DNA from: an uncultured delta proteobacterium
GTDB taxonomy: Bacteria; Desulfobacterota; Binatia; UBA9968
Assembly (NCBI GenBank): GCA_963771465.1
Contig: CAVYTU010000017.1
Coordinates: 384,001-448,000, forward strand
Direction: 5' to 3'
Length of the DNA: 64,000 nucleotides
Position 1 is the stretch's first letter; each line of letters begins with the position of its first letter. Below the pieces are notes generated by a model. That model saw only the letters and a program-made list of their open reading frames with translations, was not told where the DNA came from and made no database searches. Positions 35,585 to 45,840 of the stretch are shown piece after piece. Made by a program: the position numbers and the translations under genes.

Positions 35585-36397
35585 TTAGATAGCGAATGGT
35601 TTCTGCGCTTCGTAGGCGGAATTTGCCGCGCCGACGTAATAATAATTGGGCGTCTGCGTCGACGGCAGTAGCGAAACGATCTTGTCACGCAGCTTGCGAT
35701 AGTTACCGCTGAACTTGCCGCCATTCCAGACTTTCTTCAGCGTGCCCGTAAAGGCGCCGTTGTTGTCGCCGTCCATGGAAGTCTGATTATCCATGCAACC
35801 GGAGATTAACAGCACGCTGGCAGCGACTTTTATCTTTTCCGTGCCGCGGTTGTTTTTTTGGATGCTCTTATAAAGAGCGCTGTTGGCTTTCTCCACTGCT
35901 ACGCCGACGGTGCGGGGCATGGCGCGCGGACGCGGGCCGACTCCTAAGAACGGCGGGATGTCCCTCACCACCGTACCGCTGTGGCAACTGTCGGATAGAA
36001 CCAAAATGCGCACGCCGGCTTTGAATTTGGCCCACAGGTTGTAAAGTTCGTCATCGACGAGCTGGCGGTCGAATAGAACCCAAGTCTCGTCCATGCGGTC
36101 GTTATCCTTCTCGTCGCTGTTGGTATCGCGCACCTGTCCGCCGTGACCGGAATAAGTAAGAAAAAGCATATCGCCTTTGACGAGTTTCTTGCCGGCGTCC
36201 TGAATCGCTGCCATGACCGCCTCGGCGGTTGCTTGTCCATCGAGGAGCAACGTGTTGCCGATGAAGCCTTTTTTCTTGGCCAGAGCGCGCATGTCCTTGG
36301 CGTCGGCGATGCACGCGTTAAGCTCGCCGTCCCAGCCTTGATAATGTTTGGGATCGACGTGATTCAAACCGATATGCAAAGAAATCCCTTTTGCCAT
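35585..36397 (-). CDS. Stand-alone metacaspase (peptidase C14)
   Basis: LHIGLN, YSGHGG (His), DETW, SDSCHSG (Cys), LISGCMDNQTSMD, GAFT; GAGGAGG RBS. Confidence 0.92.
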   Translation of the reverse strand: MAKGISLHIGLNHVDPKHYQGWDGELNACIADAKDMRALAKKKGFIGNTLLLDGQATAEAVMAAIQDAGKKLVKGDMLFLTYSGHGGQVRDTNSDEKDNDRMDETWVLFDRQLVDDELYNLWAKFKAGVRILVLSDSCHSGTVVRDIPPFLGVGPRPRAMPRTVGVAVEKANSALYKSIQKNNRGTEKIKVAASVLLISGCMDNQTSMDGDNNGAFTGTLKKVWNGGKFSGNYRKLRDKIVSLLPSTQTPNYYYVGAANSAYEAQKPFAI

Positions 36398-36816
36398 GAA
36401 TGCCTCCTCATAAAACTGTTAGTGTAATGACTCGAACTGTAAAGGCGTGGCGATCCAGCTGTCAAGAAAATTTCGCGGTGAAGACGGTCTTCCTTATTTA
36501 GCATTGGCAAACATTTCCGCTTTTCTGCTAAATCTTCACATCACGGCTTCCAACTCTGTTTGTTAGCTGGGCGTTCTTTTGAGTTTCCTCGTCGACGTGA
36601 CCGACGCTGCTAAACGACTTCACCCTGTCGTCGTACATGCGGCTGACCAAAGGGCGATCCAATTTGGTGAATTCGTTGCGCCGATGACGTTGTTGCGATT
36701 CCGACCTGCGAGGCCGGTGCTTTTTGGCAGGATTAGCTGTCTCACCTTGTCCTAGTGGCGTCCCGAGTTGCTAGCGCGAGCCGCAATCGGTAAGCTTCCC
36801 AGGGTCTAGAGAAGGC

Positions 36817-37488
36817 TTGGTTTGCGAACAGGAAATTGAATTGAGAAGCTTCCGCAGAGTCAAATATCCGTGTCCGGTCTGCGCGGCGGCGCGCGAGTCT
36901 TGTTTGTGCGCGGCGCTGCCGAGGATTGAACTCGCCACCAAGATTTGTCTGGTGATTCATCATCGAGAGCTCACGCGCAGCAGCAATACCGGACTGCTTG
37001 CAGCTCGTGCGCTAGTCAATAGCGAGGTGCGGGTGCGCGGCGCGGACCGCGAGACTCTCGATCTCAAGAATATTGTGACGCCGCAGTATCGAACGTTTAT
37101 GCTCTATCCTTCTCGGGACGCTTTGGATTTGGATTATGCCTTGACGGTGAACGCCGCGCGTCCGATTCAACTGATTGTGCCAGACGGCACTTGGCGGCAA
37201 GCGCGGAAGCTTCACTTCCGCCATCCTGAGCTGAATGATGTCACACGCGTGAAGGTTAATGTCCCCGGCGACTCGGCTTATCAGCTGCGCGCGCAAAGCC
37301 AACCGGGACGGATGGCGACGCTGCAAGCGATCGCTCATGCGCTAGGAGTGATCGAAGGGGCATCGGTGCGAGATCAATTGATGAAGCTCTATCATGCCAA
37401 GATCGATCGCACACTCATCGGCCGCGGCATTTTGCCGCGGATAAAAGAGTTACCGCTAGGCGAGCCAGATGTCGCCGCCAAAGCGTGA
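36817..37488 (+). CDS. DTW-domain tRNA-uridine aminocarboxypropyltransferase (TapT-like)
   Basis: CPVC...CLC, HHRE...SNTG, LYP, VPDGTWRQARK; start uncertain. Confidence 0.85.
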   Translation: MVCEQEIELRSFRRVKYPCPVCAAARESCLCAALPRIELATKICLVIHHRELTRSSNTGLLAARALVNSEVRVRGADRETLDLKNIVTPQYRTFMLYPSRDALDLDYALTVNAARPIQLIVPDGTWRQARKLHFRHPELNDVTRVKVNVPGDSAYQLRAQSQPGRMATLQAIAHALGVIEGASVRDQLMKLYHAKIDRTLIGRGILPRIKELPLGEPDVAAKA

Positions 37489-37587
37489 ATTGCTGAGCGT
37501 AAGTCGTCTTTAATAAATTATCCCAATATGTAATAGAGAGGCCGGGACGGAATTCCGACACTTTAATAAATCAAAAAGGAGTCAATC

Positions 37588-38496
37588 GTGGCGTTTCAAA
37601 AAATTGGCATTATGAGTATCGGCGAGATGGGGTTTCACTGGGCCAAGCTGCTCAAGAGCCACGGCGTGGACGTTTTGACCTATGACAAGGATCGCGGTGA
37701 AGTGAGCCGCAAGCGGGCGGAAAATGCCGGCGTGAGATCGGTTGCGTCGATGAACGCGCTCGTCAAGGAAGCGGAATTAATAGTGTCCATCGTCATACCG
37801 TTCGCGGCTAAGAAAGTCGCGGTGAAGGTTGCCAAGGCGGCGGCAAAAGTCGGACGGAAGGATCTCTTGTATCTCGACGCCAACGCGATCTCGCCGATGA
37901 CCGCGGATGCGATCGCATCGGTGTTGACGCCGGCGGGTGTCAATTTTGTCGACGGTTGCATCATCGGCGGAGCTTCGAAGATGGGTAAGGGGACGATGGT
38001 TTACGTTTCCGGGCCGGACGCGGCGCGCATGCAGGCGTTGGAAGCATTCAACATTCCCGTCAAGATTCTCGGCCCGCGCACCAATCAAGCATCGGCCTTC
38101 AAAGTTGTCTACGCTGGATTCACCAAAGGTTTGCAGGGACTTTTCTGCGAGTTGTTAATGGGCGCGCAAAAGTTCGGCATGCTGAACGAGATTCGCGCCC
38201 AATACGAAGACAGTTATCCCGGTCTGTTGGATAAAGTATCGGGAAGCATTATCGGTCTGCGCATTCACGCCGGGCGGCGCGCCGAGGAGATGGACGAGCT
38301 GAAGCGCACGTTCAATACCCACGGTTTGAATTCCTACATGGCGCCCGGGGCGCAAAAAGTTTTGCAGGCGATCGCTGCGCTCGATGTCGGTCAGGTTTCC
38401 GACAGCGGCGCGCGCCAGGGCGACCTGGCCGACACGTTAGAACTATTTTACGAAAAGGGGCTGTTGCAGATTGAATCGCCAGGTAAAAATCTTTAA
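37588..38496 (+). CDS. NAD(P)-dependent oxidoreductase (6PGDH/3-HIBADH-like, DUF1932-type)
   Basis: IGIMSIGEMG, DANAISP, FVDGCIIG, ASAFKVVYAGFTKG, HAGRRAEEM. Confidence 0.85.
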   Translation: MAFQKIGIMSIGEMGFHWAKLLKSHGVDVLTYDKDRGEVSRKRAENAGVRSVASMNALVKEAELIVSIVIPFAAKKVAVKVAKAAAKVGRKDLLYLDANAISPMTADAIASVLTPAGVNFVDGCIIGGASKMGKGTMVYVSGPDAARMQALEAFNIPVKILGPRTNQASAFKVVYAGFTKGLQGLFCELLMGAQKFGMLNEIRAQYEDSYPGLLDKVSGSIIGLRIHAGRRAEEMDELKRTFNTHGLNSYMAPGAQKVLQAIAALDVGQVSDSGARQGDLADTLELFYEKGLLQIESPGKNL

Positions 38497-38564
38497 CCCC
38501 CTAGCCAGGCGGCGGCTTTCCTGGTATTGAGAGCGAATCTATAGATTCAGGGGGAACTCCAAAT

Positions 38565-40334
38565 ATGTCCAGAGTAGAAAAGAAACAACCGGAATACGGC
38601 TCGGATGTGGTGGTCGATTTGATGAAGGCGCACGACATCGAATACACCGCGTTCAATCCGGGCGCGACTTTCCGCGGCATCCACGATTCCATCGTCAACT
38701 ATGGCGGCAACTACAAGCCGGAAGTGATCTTTTGCCATCACGAAGAAATCTCGGTCGCCATCGCCCACGGCTACGCCAAGGCGAAGAACAAACCGATGAT
38801 CGCCATCGTCCACAACATGGTCGGTTTGCAGCACGCCAGCATGGCGATCTTCAACGCCTACATCGATCGCGTGCCGATGATGGTGCTAGGCGGCACTGGG
38901 CCGATGGTCACCAAGCGGCGCCGGCCGCGCATCGACTGGATTCACACGGCGCTCGTGCAAGGCAATCAGGTGCGCGATTACACCAAGTGGGACGATCAAC
39001 CTTACTCTCTCGCCGACGTGCCGGATTCTTTTATCCGCGGCTACCGCATTTCCACCACCGATCCGACAGCGCCGGTTTATATTAACTACGATGCCGATAT
39101 TCAAGAAGACGCGGTCAAGACCATGGTCGACGTGCCGGACGTGAGCCGCCACTCCAGACCGGCGCCGGCGCAGGCGAACCCGGAAGCATTGCGCCGCACG
39201 GCCGAGGCGTTGGTCAACGCGCAGACGCCGCTGATCGTCGCCGATATGCTCGGACGCAATCCCAAAGCTGTGGCATCCCTAATTGAGTTGGCTGAGTTGC
39301 TGGCGGTGCCGGTGGTCGACAAGGGCGCGCGCTTCAATTTCCCATCGGTGCATCCGTTGGATGTGACTGACGGCGCCCGCGAGATTCTCCAAAAGGCCGA
39401 TTTTATTTTGGCGCTCGATGTCGGCGACCTGTTCGGCGCGCTGACTACGGTGAGCAAGCAAACCCGCGAGAGCGAATATATCACAACCGCCGGAGTGAAA
39501 ATCGCCAGCATCTCGATGAACGACATGTTGGTGCATTCCTGGGCCAACGATTTCCAAGCGCTTCAGGCGATCGACATTCCGATGAGCGCCGATACGTCGA
39601 TTGCCGTGCCGGAACTGACCCGGCTCTGCCGGGAATTAATCGGCAACGACAGCAAGAAAAAATCGGTCATCGAGGCACGGCAAAAGGAATTGGCGGAGAA
39701 GCACAAAGCGCGGCGCGGCAAATGGCTCGCCGACGCCCAAGCGAAAGGCTCGCAGAAAGAAATTTCCACCGCGTGGCTGGCGCTGGAAGTCGGCGAAGCG
39801 ATCAGGCGCGAGGATTGGGTGTGTGTCAACGGCACATCCAACGGTTGGACGCGCCGGCTGTGGGATTTCAGCAAGGCGAATCAATCCCTCGGCGGCAGCG
39901 GCGGCGCCGGCTTGGGCTACGGTCCCGGCGCGGCGATCGGCGCGGCGTTAGCGCTCAAGGGTAGCGGCAAGCTCGCCGTGGCGATTCAGTCCGACGGCGA
40001 TATGCTGATGACATCGAGCGCGTTGTGGACGGCGGCGAAGCATCGCATTCCTTTACTCATGGTCATGCATAACAACCAGTCGTACTACAATTCGGAAGAG
40101 CACGGCATCGAAGTCGCCAAGTTCCGCAAACGCGATGTCGGCAACGCCGGCATCGGCACCCATGTCGACGATCCGGCGATCGACTTCGCGATGATGGCGA
40201 AATCCTTCGGTGTTAACGGCGAAGGGCCGATTGTCAATCCAGCCGACCTACGCGCGGCCATCGAGCGCGGCGTAAAGTACGTCAAAGAAAAGCAGTTGCC
40301 GTACTTGGTCGATGTCATCGCTGAGCCGCGTTAG
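38565..40334 (+). CDS. Thiamine pyrophosphate-dependent enzyme (paralog of 16980..18779)
   Basis: NPGATFRGIHDS, CHHEE, SDGDMLM...HNNQSYYN. Confidence 0.92.
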   Translation: MSRVEKKQPEYGSDVVVDLMKAHDIEYTAFNPGATFRGIHDSIVNYGGNYKPEVIFCHHEEISVAIAHGYAKAKNKPMIAIVHNMVGLQHASMAIFNAYIDRVPMMVLGGTGPMVTKRRRPRIDWIHTALVQGNQVRDYTKWDDQPYSLADVPDSFIRGYRISTTDPTAPVYINYDADIQEDAVKTMVDVPDVSRHSRPAPAQANPEALRRTAEALVNAQTPLIVADMLGRNPKAVASLIELAELLAVPVVDKGARFNFPSVHPLDVTDGAREILQKADFILALDVGDLFGALTTVSKQTRESEYITTAGVKIASISMNDMLVHSWANDFQALQAIDIPMSADTSIAVPELTRLCRELIGNDSKKKSVIEARQKELAEKHKARRGKWLADAQAKGSQKEISTAWLALEVGEAIRREDWVCVNGTSNGWTRRLWDFSKANQSLGGSGGAGLGYGPGAAIGAALALKGSGKLAVAIQSDGDMLMTSSALWTAAKHRIPLLMVMHNNQSYYNSEEHGIEVAKFRKRDVGNAGIGTHVDDPAIDFAMMAKSFGVNGEGPIVNPADLRAAIERGVKYVKEKQLPYLVDVIAEPR

Positions 40335-40370
40335 AAGAGATGGCGATGAGCTTTAGGCAATAAGATTTCT

Positions 40371-40426
40371 CACCACGAAGGATACGAAGGAAAGAAAAAC
40401 AATTCCGGATTCGTGTCCTTCGTGGT
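40371..40426. repeat. CACGAAG-type inverted repeat (second copy)
   Basis: caccacgaaggatacgaag ... ttcgtgtccttcgtggt. Confidence 0.8.
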
Positions 40427-40492
40427 TGATAAAAAAAGATTGGCGTCTGCTCAATGATTCGCAGCGAAGCATAACGCGCCACAATTCGCCCA

Positions 40493-41326
40493 TTGGCTAC
40501 CGATCCTTATCGCGAATTTCGTCAGGCTGCCGAACGACCGGAAGAACAAATCGATCTCGGTCGCGCGGCCCTGACGATCGCGCTGCCGGAGTATCCCGCA
40601 TTAGATTTTTCCGCCTATCTCGGCCGGATCAATGATTTGGCGCTGGAAGCCTGTGAGCGCGCCGGCGCCGACGCCGACGTGTTTCGTTCCATCGCGGCGC
40701 TCAACTTCGTTTTGTTTGCGCGCCATGGCTTTCGCGGCAACCGCGACGACTACTACGATCCCAAGAATAGCTTTCTCAACCAAGTGCTCGATCGCAAATG
40801 CGGCATCCCGATCACGCTTTCGGTGCTTTACATGGAAATTGCCGAGCGCCTCGGTCTTAGGATCAACGGCATCGGTTTTCCCGGGCACTTTATGGTGATG
40901 GTGCGAGCGGATAGCACCGACGTCGTCATCGACCCGTTCAACTCGGGCGACATCAAAACCGATGAAGAGCTGGCGGCCATGTTGCAACAACTGTACGGTG
41001 GCAAAGTGAATCTGCGCAGCGAATTTCTCGCGCCGGTGTCGAAGAAGCAAATTCTGACGCGCATGTTGACGAACCTAAAAGCGATCTACGCCAAAGCCAA
41101 CGACATGGTAAAAACTTTGGGAACGTTGGATCGCTTGCTGATTCTCGATCCAGGCTCGGCAGCCGACACCCGCGATCGCGGCGTGATCTATTCGCGGCTT
41201 GAATGTTACGGCCAGGCGAAGGACGATTTCGAGCGTTATCTTGAGCTCGCTCCCGACGCCGACGATGCCGCGGCGATACGCGAGCAGCTGGTCGAGCTCG
41301 CCAAGCAAGTGGTGTTGATTCACTGA
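40493..41326 (+). CDS. SirB1 family (transglutaminase-like + TPR) protein
   Basis: DYYDPKNSFLNQVLDR, GIPITLSVLY, FPGHF, RDRG. Confidence 0.9.
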   Translation: MATDPYREFRQAAERPEEQIDLGRAALTIALPEYPALDFSAYLGRINDLALEACERAGADADVFRSIAALNFVLFARHGFRGNRDDYYDPKNSFLNQVLDRKCGIPITLSVLYMEIAERLGLRINGIGFPGHFMVMVRADSTDVVIDPFNSGDIKTDEELAAMLQQLYGGKVNLRSEFLAPVSKKQILTRMLTNLKAIYAKANDMVKTLGTLDRLLILDPGSAADTRDRGVIYSRLECYGQAKDDFERYLELAPDADDAAAIREQLVELAKQVVLIH

Positions 41327-41359
41327 GAGACGGTAAAAATATTTGCAGCTCCCCTGCGC

Positions 41360-41908
41360 CTAGCGAAAGCTTGCTGGATCCTTGGACTCCCGCGGAAACC
41401 AGCCGCCAAGCCGGTGATAAGCTTTCAAGTAACTGATCTGCCCCTGGTTATTCATCGCATTCTCCAACACGCTGACGAGGCGTATGGCGACCGTTGGCAG
41501 CGGTTGATGCTGAGGTTCGTCGAGCTGACGCGCTAGATCCTCTGCAGTTAGCGTTTCGATATAGCGCTTCAATCGCTCATACGCGGCATCGTGATATTTC
41601 AAAAGCAGCTCCGGTGAGGCGCGGAATGCGCGCACTTGCTCGCGCGTGTGCGCCGCGGATCGGCCATAGTCGGCGGGATCAGGCGCCATGCCGAATCGAG
41701 CGGCCCATCCGTCGCCGATCCAAAGCTGCTGCCGGTCGGAAAGGTGCGACGCGTTGTGATCCATGACTCGGCTGAGCCGCCACGCAAGCCAACCTATGGA
41801 CGGATGCGGCTCCTGGACAAGCTCGGTCTCGGTGAGATCAGCCAATGTGCGGTGCAGCGATTGGTAGACCCGCGTGAACGCGTCCAACAATACATCAGTT
41901 TGTGCCAT
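41360..41908 (-). CDS. DinB family protein
   Basis: SIGWLAWR, LWIGDGWAARFG, LLKYHDA, GQISYL; the usual metal-binding His residues are replaced. Confidence 0.8.
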   Translation of the reverse strand: MAQTDVLLDAFTRVYQSLHRTLADLTETELVQEPHPSIGWLAWRLSRVMDHNASHLSDRQQLWIGDGWAARFGMAPDPADYGRSAAHTREQVRAFRASPELLLKYHDAAYERLKRYIETLTAEDLARQLDEPQHQPLPTVAIRLVSVLENAMNNQGQISYLKAYHRLGGWFPRESKDPASFR

Positions 41909-42000
41909 TGCAAATCACCTTTCAGCTTCTGATTGTCAATCGGCTCTCAATATCATCAGGCATTGGTTATATCACGGTGCGCTTAGGCAAAGCTCAGCCT

Positions 42001-42561
42001 CTATGCTGGCACAAGGGCAGGCTCGCCGGGAGTTTCAAGCCCGTCACGTTCGCCGCGCCTCAGGTATTCGAAACTCGTAAAGGCGTTACGAATGCCGGCG
42101 ATCTCGCACACGGACCGTAGCAAATCGGACGCATACGTTACATTGGTGGCGTCTGCTAGGATTGACACCAGTCGCGCACGGTTCTCCGCATCACATACTT
42201 CCGCCAGCGCCTCGAGTTTGGTGGCTAGTTTGTCGCGTTCCTTGCCAGTCCGCTTTCGACCGACTCCGACCTTGAACCACGGCAGTTGTTTGCCATTACG
42301 AAAGAACATGAGGTAAAGGTCGTCTTCGTCCGACGATAGAAGGGGCAGTATAAGGCAATCGAGCTGGGCCGACAGCGTCTTCGATATCCGTTCCAACTCT
42401 GGCGTAAAGTTCGGGAATACCGCCAACCACTTATCAATTGGCTCTGTGACGTAGAACTGCAAACCAGCAGCCGCATTCGCCGCAGCGATTGACGCCAAAC
42501 ACGCGAGCGCTGTGTCACGGTCGGTCATCCGAAGTTGCAGCGATAAATAAAACGCACCCAT
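42001..42561 (-). CDS. Hypothetical protein
   Basis: 186-aa ORF with globular-protein composition; no recognised family. Confidence 0.6.
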   Translation of the reverse strand: MGAFYLSLQLRMTDRDTALACLASIAAANAAAGLQFYVTEPIDKWLAVFPNFTPELERISKTLSAQLDCLILPLLSSDEDDLYLMFFRNGKQLPWFKVGVGRKRTGKERDKLATKLEALAEVCDAENRARLVSILADATNVTYASDLLRSVCEIAGIRNAFTSFEYLRRGERDGLETPGEPALVPA

Positions 42562-42733
42562 TCGAGGAATCTCCCAGCAAAATTAGTGTTGCGGACAACT
42601 TGGAGTTGTCGAGCGCTGCCGTTGCCAATCACGATCGTCACCGAGCGCAACGCCTGAGCCGGCGGAACAACTCGCTTACCACAATCCGCATTGAAGCGCT
42701 TGTTGGTGGCCACTTGACCGCGGCAAGCAGCCG

Positions 42734-43040
42734 CTAGAGATCGGCGGCCAATTCACGCGTCAGTTGAGCGGCCGGCACTTCTTTGCATCCGCTGGCATTC
42801 TGCCCGCACCGGAGTGGCGAGAAATCGCCGGAGCCTTGGCTTTCAGCTTTGGCACGTAAAGGAGCGATGGCAGTCGTGGCTAAGGGAAAAGCGGGCGCCG
42901 CAATGCTGATCGGGCCAAGCTCTTTCATGATGCGGTTCATGATTCCGCGGGCGGGTCGGCCGGTGAAGAGGTTCGTGAGCGCCGTGTGGCAGGCAGTTCG
43001 CTCTTCAGCGCGGCACGATGCACTGGGCTGGTGGTGGCGC
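42734..43040 (-). pseudogene. Nitronate monooxygenase (2-nitropropane dioxygenase) 3' fragment
   Basis: ATTSPVHRAALKSE / frameshift / HTALTNLFTGRPARGIMNRIMKELGP...GDFSPLRCGQNA; N-terminal two thirds absent. Confidence 0.8.
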
Positions 43041-43450
43041 CGAAGAGAATATCTTCGAGCCCCAGGCTCTCACTCGCGCCAGCAATTCAGCCGATGGCAA
43101 ACCAAAATGAAAACTTACTACAGCCGGCTTGAATTCGGCGAGCACATCGGCGGCTTCGGAACTGAAGGCTGCACGCCCCGGCCCGACGGATGATCGGTAG
43201 GTCTACGTCTACGAGTTGTTGCAAGGTCATGATTGGGATTCCGATTTGTTTCGCGCTCGGGGCACGAAGCCGCCATGGAGATTCTAAGGGTTAACTATTG
43301 GGTGCGATTTTTTCGCCGTCGTTGGCCGCATATCTGACAGAGAGGGCGAATTACCAGATTGGGTTGTGATAACTTGCTGGTTCGCAACGATGTCGGGCTT
43401 CACTAAACGAGTCATGCTGATCGCTGAGCGAATCAGCATGACGGTTTTTT

Positions 43451-45676
43451 TCAATGCGTGCCGAGTTTGGAGAATTCCCGGAAGGTGTTGGCGAAAGACG
43501 TGGTTAGGAAAAAATCCCGCGCCATGGCTCGGCCCCAGCGCAATGGGCGAATCGCCCATAACTTGAACTGTCGTAAGTTGCCCAGGCTCTCGCTCCAGAT
43601 GCGTTGAAGCTCTTGACGCGAATAGACCACACGATCGTTGATGGCGTCGTATTTGATCAGGCTAAGCTGAGCTTTCGACGGTAGCGAATCGCGTAGCCGG
43701 TTATAGGTGTCCTGCCACTCGTGAATGCGGTCGCTGAAACGAATGTTGTTTTGAATCTGCTGTATATCATCGAGCCATTTGCGCGTGGTCTCGGACTCGA
43801 CCAGCCGTAGTTCTTGGATGCTTTGGCGCAGGTGCTCCCATTGCTTTAAGAAGCGATTCAAATCGCCCCGGTTATAAAGGATCCGCGACGACAGATCGTC
43901 CAGCGGCGCGAGCAACGTTCTGGCCCGTTCAGGCAAGGTGTCCCTGGCGCTATTATAAATGTTTTGGATCTCGCCGATCCGTAACGCCTGCCAGATGTCA
44001 GATTGAGTTTTTTGGATTTGCTCCAGCCAGCGCTCTTCGGTCTCGCTTTTCTTGCGGGTTTGCAGCCAGACCTCTTCCATCTCTTTTAGAAACTTCGCCC
44101 ACGAGATCAACAGCGCGGCGATCTCTTTGGCGCGTTTCCAGTAATGCGCCGGGATCGCTTCGACCGCGTAGCCCGTTCGGCGCACCTTGCGGTCTTTCAA
44201 ACGGAAAAAGCCGGCGACCATCGGGTGCTGCTTCTCAATCAAGGCGGCGTTCTTATACCAGAAAAAGATCGACATTAGGTTCCAGTAATGTTTCGGACTG
44301 TCGGTCCACTTCGACAGCAACTTGATCATGTTCTCTTTGCTGTAGAAAGTTTTCCACGCTTCCTCGTAGGCTTCCGTCCATTCTTCGGCACTCATGAGTG
44401 GATGATTGATCGTCGGGTGGAAAGAGTCGCGCTTATTAAAATCCGGGTCCATCCAGTCGCCGCGTTTTTTCATTTCGCGGTGATCGTGCGAGCCGGGGAG
44501 CGGCGTGAGCATGAAAAAAGACGCTTGGTCCGGTTCCACTTCGTCCTTGAGGAACCGCATGTCTTCGGCGACTTGCTCTTTGGAGTCCCAGGGCAGGCCG
44601 ATGATGTAGCCGGTATGCACCAGCACTCCGGCGTCGTGCCATTCTTTAATGATGCCGCGATACTCTTCGACTTTATTTTGCTTTTTGTCCTCGGCTGCTA
44701 AGTTCTGCGGGTTGACGCTCTCCATGCCGATGAAAACTTGAGTGCAGCCTGCCTTAGCCGCGAGAGTGACAAAGTCTTTCGGCTTACGCGCCAGGTCGAC
44801 CTGCATCATGAAGGTTACGTCGAGTCCCTCTTCGCGCAGTTTGATGATTTCCTCGAACGTCTCGCGCCAGAGTTTCTTGCGCGCGAAGTTATCGTCGGTG
44901 AAGAAATAAAAGGACAAACCATTGTCGCGATAGTTGCGCCGCATCATGGTGGCGATGCTCTCGGGGCTGCGTTCGCGCATCTTGCGTCCCTGAACGTTGA
45001 TAATGGTGCAGAAGCTGCACGAGAACGGACAGCCGCGCGATGTGTCGGCGGTGGCAAAGCTTGGATAGGCGAAGTGCTCCATGGTTTTCGCGCTAGCTTT
45101 GGGCAGTGGCGCCGAGCCTATGTCGACCAAATTTTGCAGATCTTGGGCAAAGCTATAGAGCGGTTTTAGTTGACCGTGGAGGTAATCGGCGAGGATGCCG
45201 TCCCACTTACCTTCTACTTCGCCGGAAACCACGCAGATGCCTTCGTGAAACAATTCCTGGATGTCCGGCTCATCGACGCCGAGCATGTTGATCGTGCCGC
45301 TGGTGTGAAAGCCGCCGATGATGACGGTGATGTTTTCGGCCTTGAACTGTCTGGCCATGTCCAAGGCGCGCGGAAACTGATTGGTTTGTACGCCGACCAA
45401 ACAAACCAACAGCTTGGTGCCGTCTTGCTTGCTCCAGCGAATGATTTTTTTGACTGGGACTTTCTCAGCGGTCTCGTCGAAGGTGGTAACTTGGATGGGC
45501 AGCGTGCCGAACACGCGTCGCTCTCTGATATCTTCGGTGAGGCCGTGCAACACGTTGAGCGTATTGCTCGGCAACACACCTTTCCAAAATCGGATCAGGT
45601 AGCCATCGTCGTCGTACTTCGAGGGCTTGATCAATACGATGTGGAATTTATCGATGCGTTCCAGCGTCGCTACCAT
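43451..45676 (-). CDS. B12-binding-type radical SAM protein with long helical C-terminal extension
   Basis: SRGCPFSCSFC (CxxxCxxC), FTDDNF, FIGMES, LTPLPGS; N-terminal IKPSKYDDDGY and IIGGFH. Confidence 0.88.
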   Translation of the reverse strand: MVATLERIDKFHIVLIKPSKYDDDGYLIRFWKGVLPSNTLNVLHGLTEDIRERRVFGTLPIQVTTFDETAEKVPVKKIIRWSKQDGTKLLVCLVGVQTNQFPRALDMARQFKAENITVIIGGFHTSGTINMLGVDEPDIQELFHEGICVVSGEVEGKWDGILADYLHGQLKPLYSFAQDLQNLVDIGSAPLPKASAKTMEHFAYPSFATADTSRGCPFSCSFCTIINVQGRKMRERSPESIATMMRRNYRDNGLSFYFFTDDNFARKKLWRETFEEIIKLREEGLDVTFMMQVDLARKPKDFVTLAAKAGCTQVFIGMESVNPQNLAAEDKKQNKVEEYRGIIKEWHDAGVLVHTGYIIGLPWDSKEQVAEDMRFLKDEVEPDQASFFMLTPLPGSHDHREMKKRGDWMDPDFNKRDSFHPTINHPLMSAEEWTEAYEEAWKTFYSKENMIKLLSKWTDSPKHYWNLMSIFFWYKNAALIEKQHPMVAGFFRLKDRKVRRTGYAVEAIPAHYWKRAKEIAALLISWAKFLKEMEEVWLQTRKKSETEERWLEQIQKTQSDIWQALRIGEIQNIYNSARDTLPERARTLLAPLDDLSSRILYNRGDLNRFLKQWEHLRQSIQELRLVESETTRKWLDDIQQIQNNIRFSDRIHEWQDTYNRLRDSLPSKAQLSLIKYDAINDRVVYSRQELQRIWSESLGNLRQFKLWAIRPLRWGRAMARDFFLTTSFANTFREFSKLGTH

Positions 45677-45840
45677 GGCATCCCTCCGCTAGCTTGCGTC
45701 CAGGCTTGTAAGTCGCGGCACCGTCTTTTATAAGTGAGGTGCGAGTTTTCAGCCCCGGCAAATCTAACAACCAGGGTTATCCGTGTCAAGTAAGAAATTC
45801 AAATAAGTTCTTAATCTAACTGCGGAATTTTGCAGTTTCA

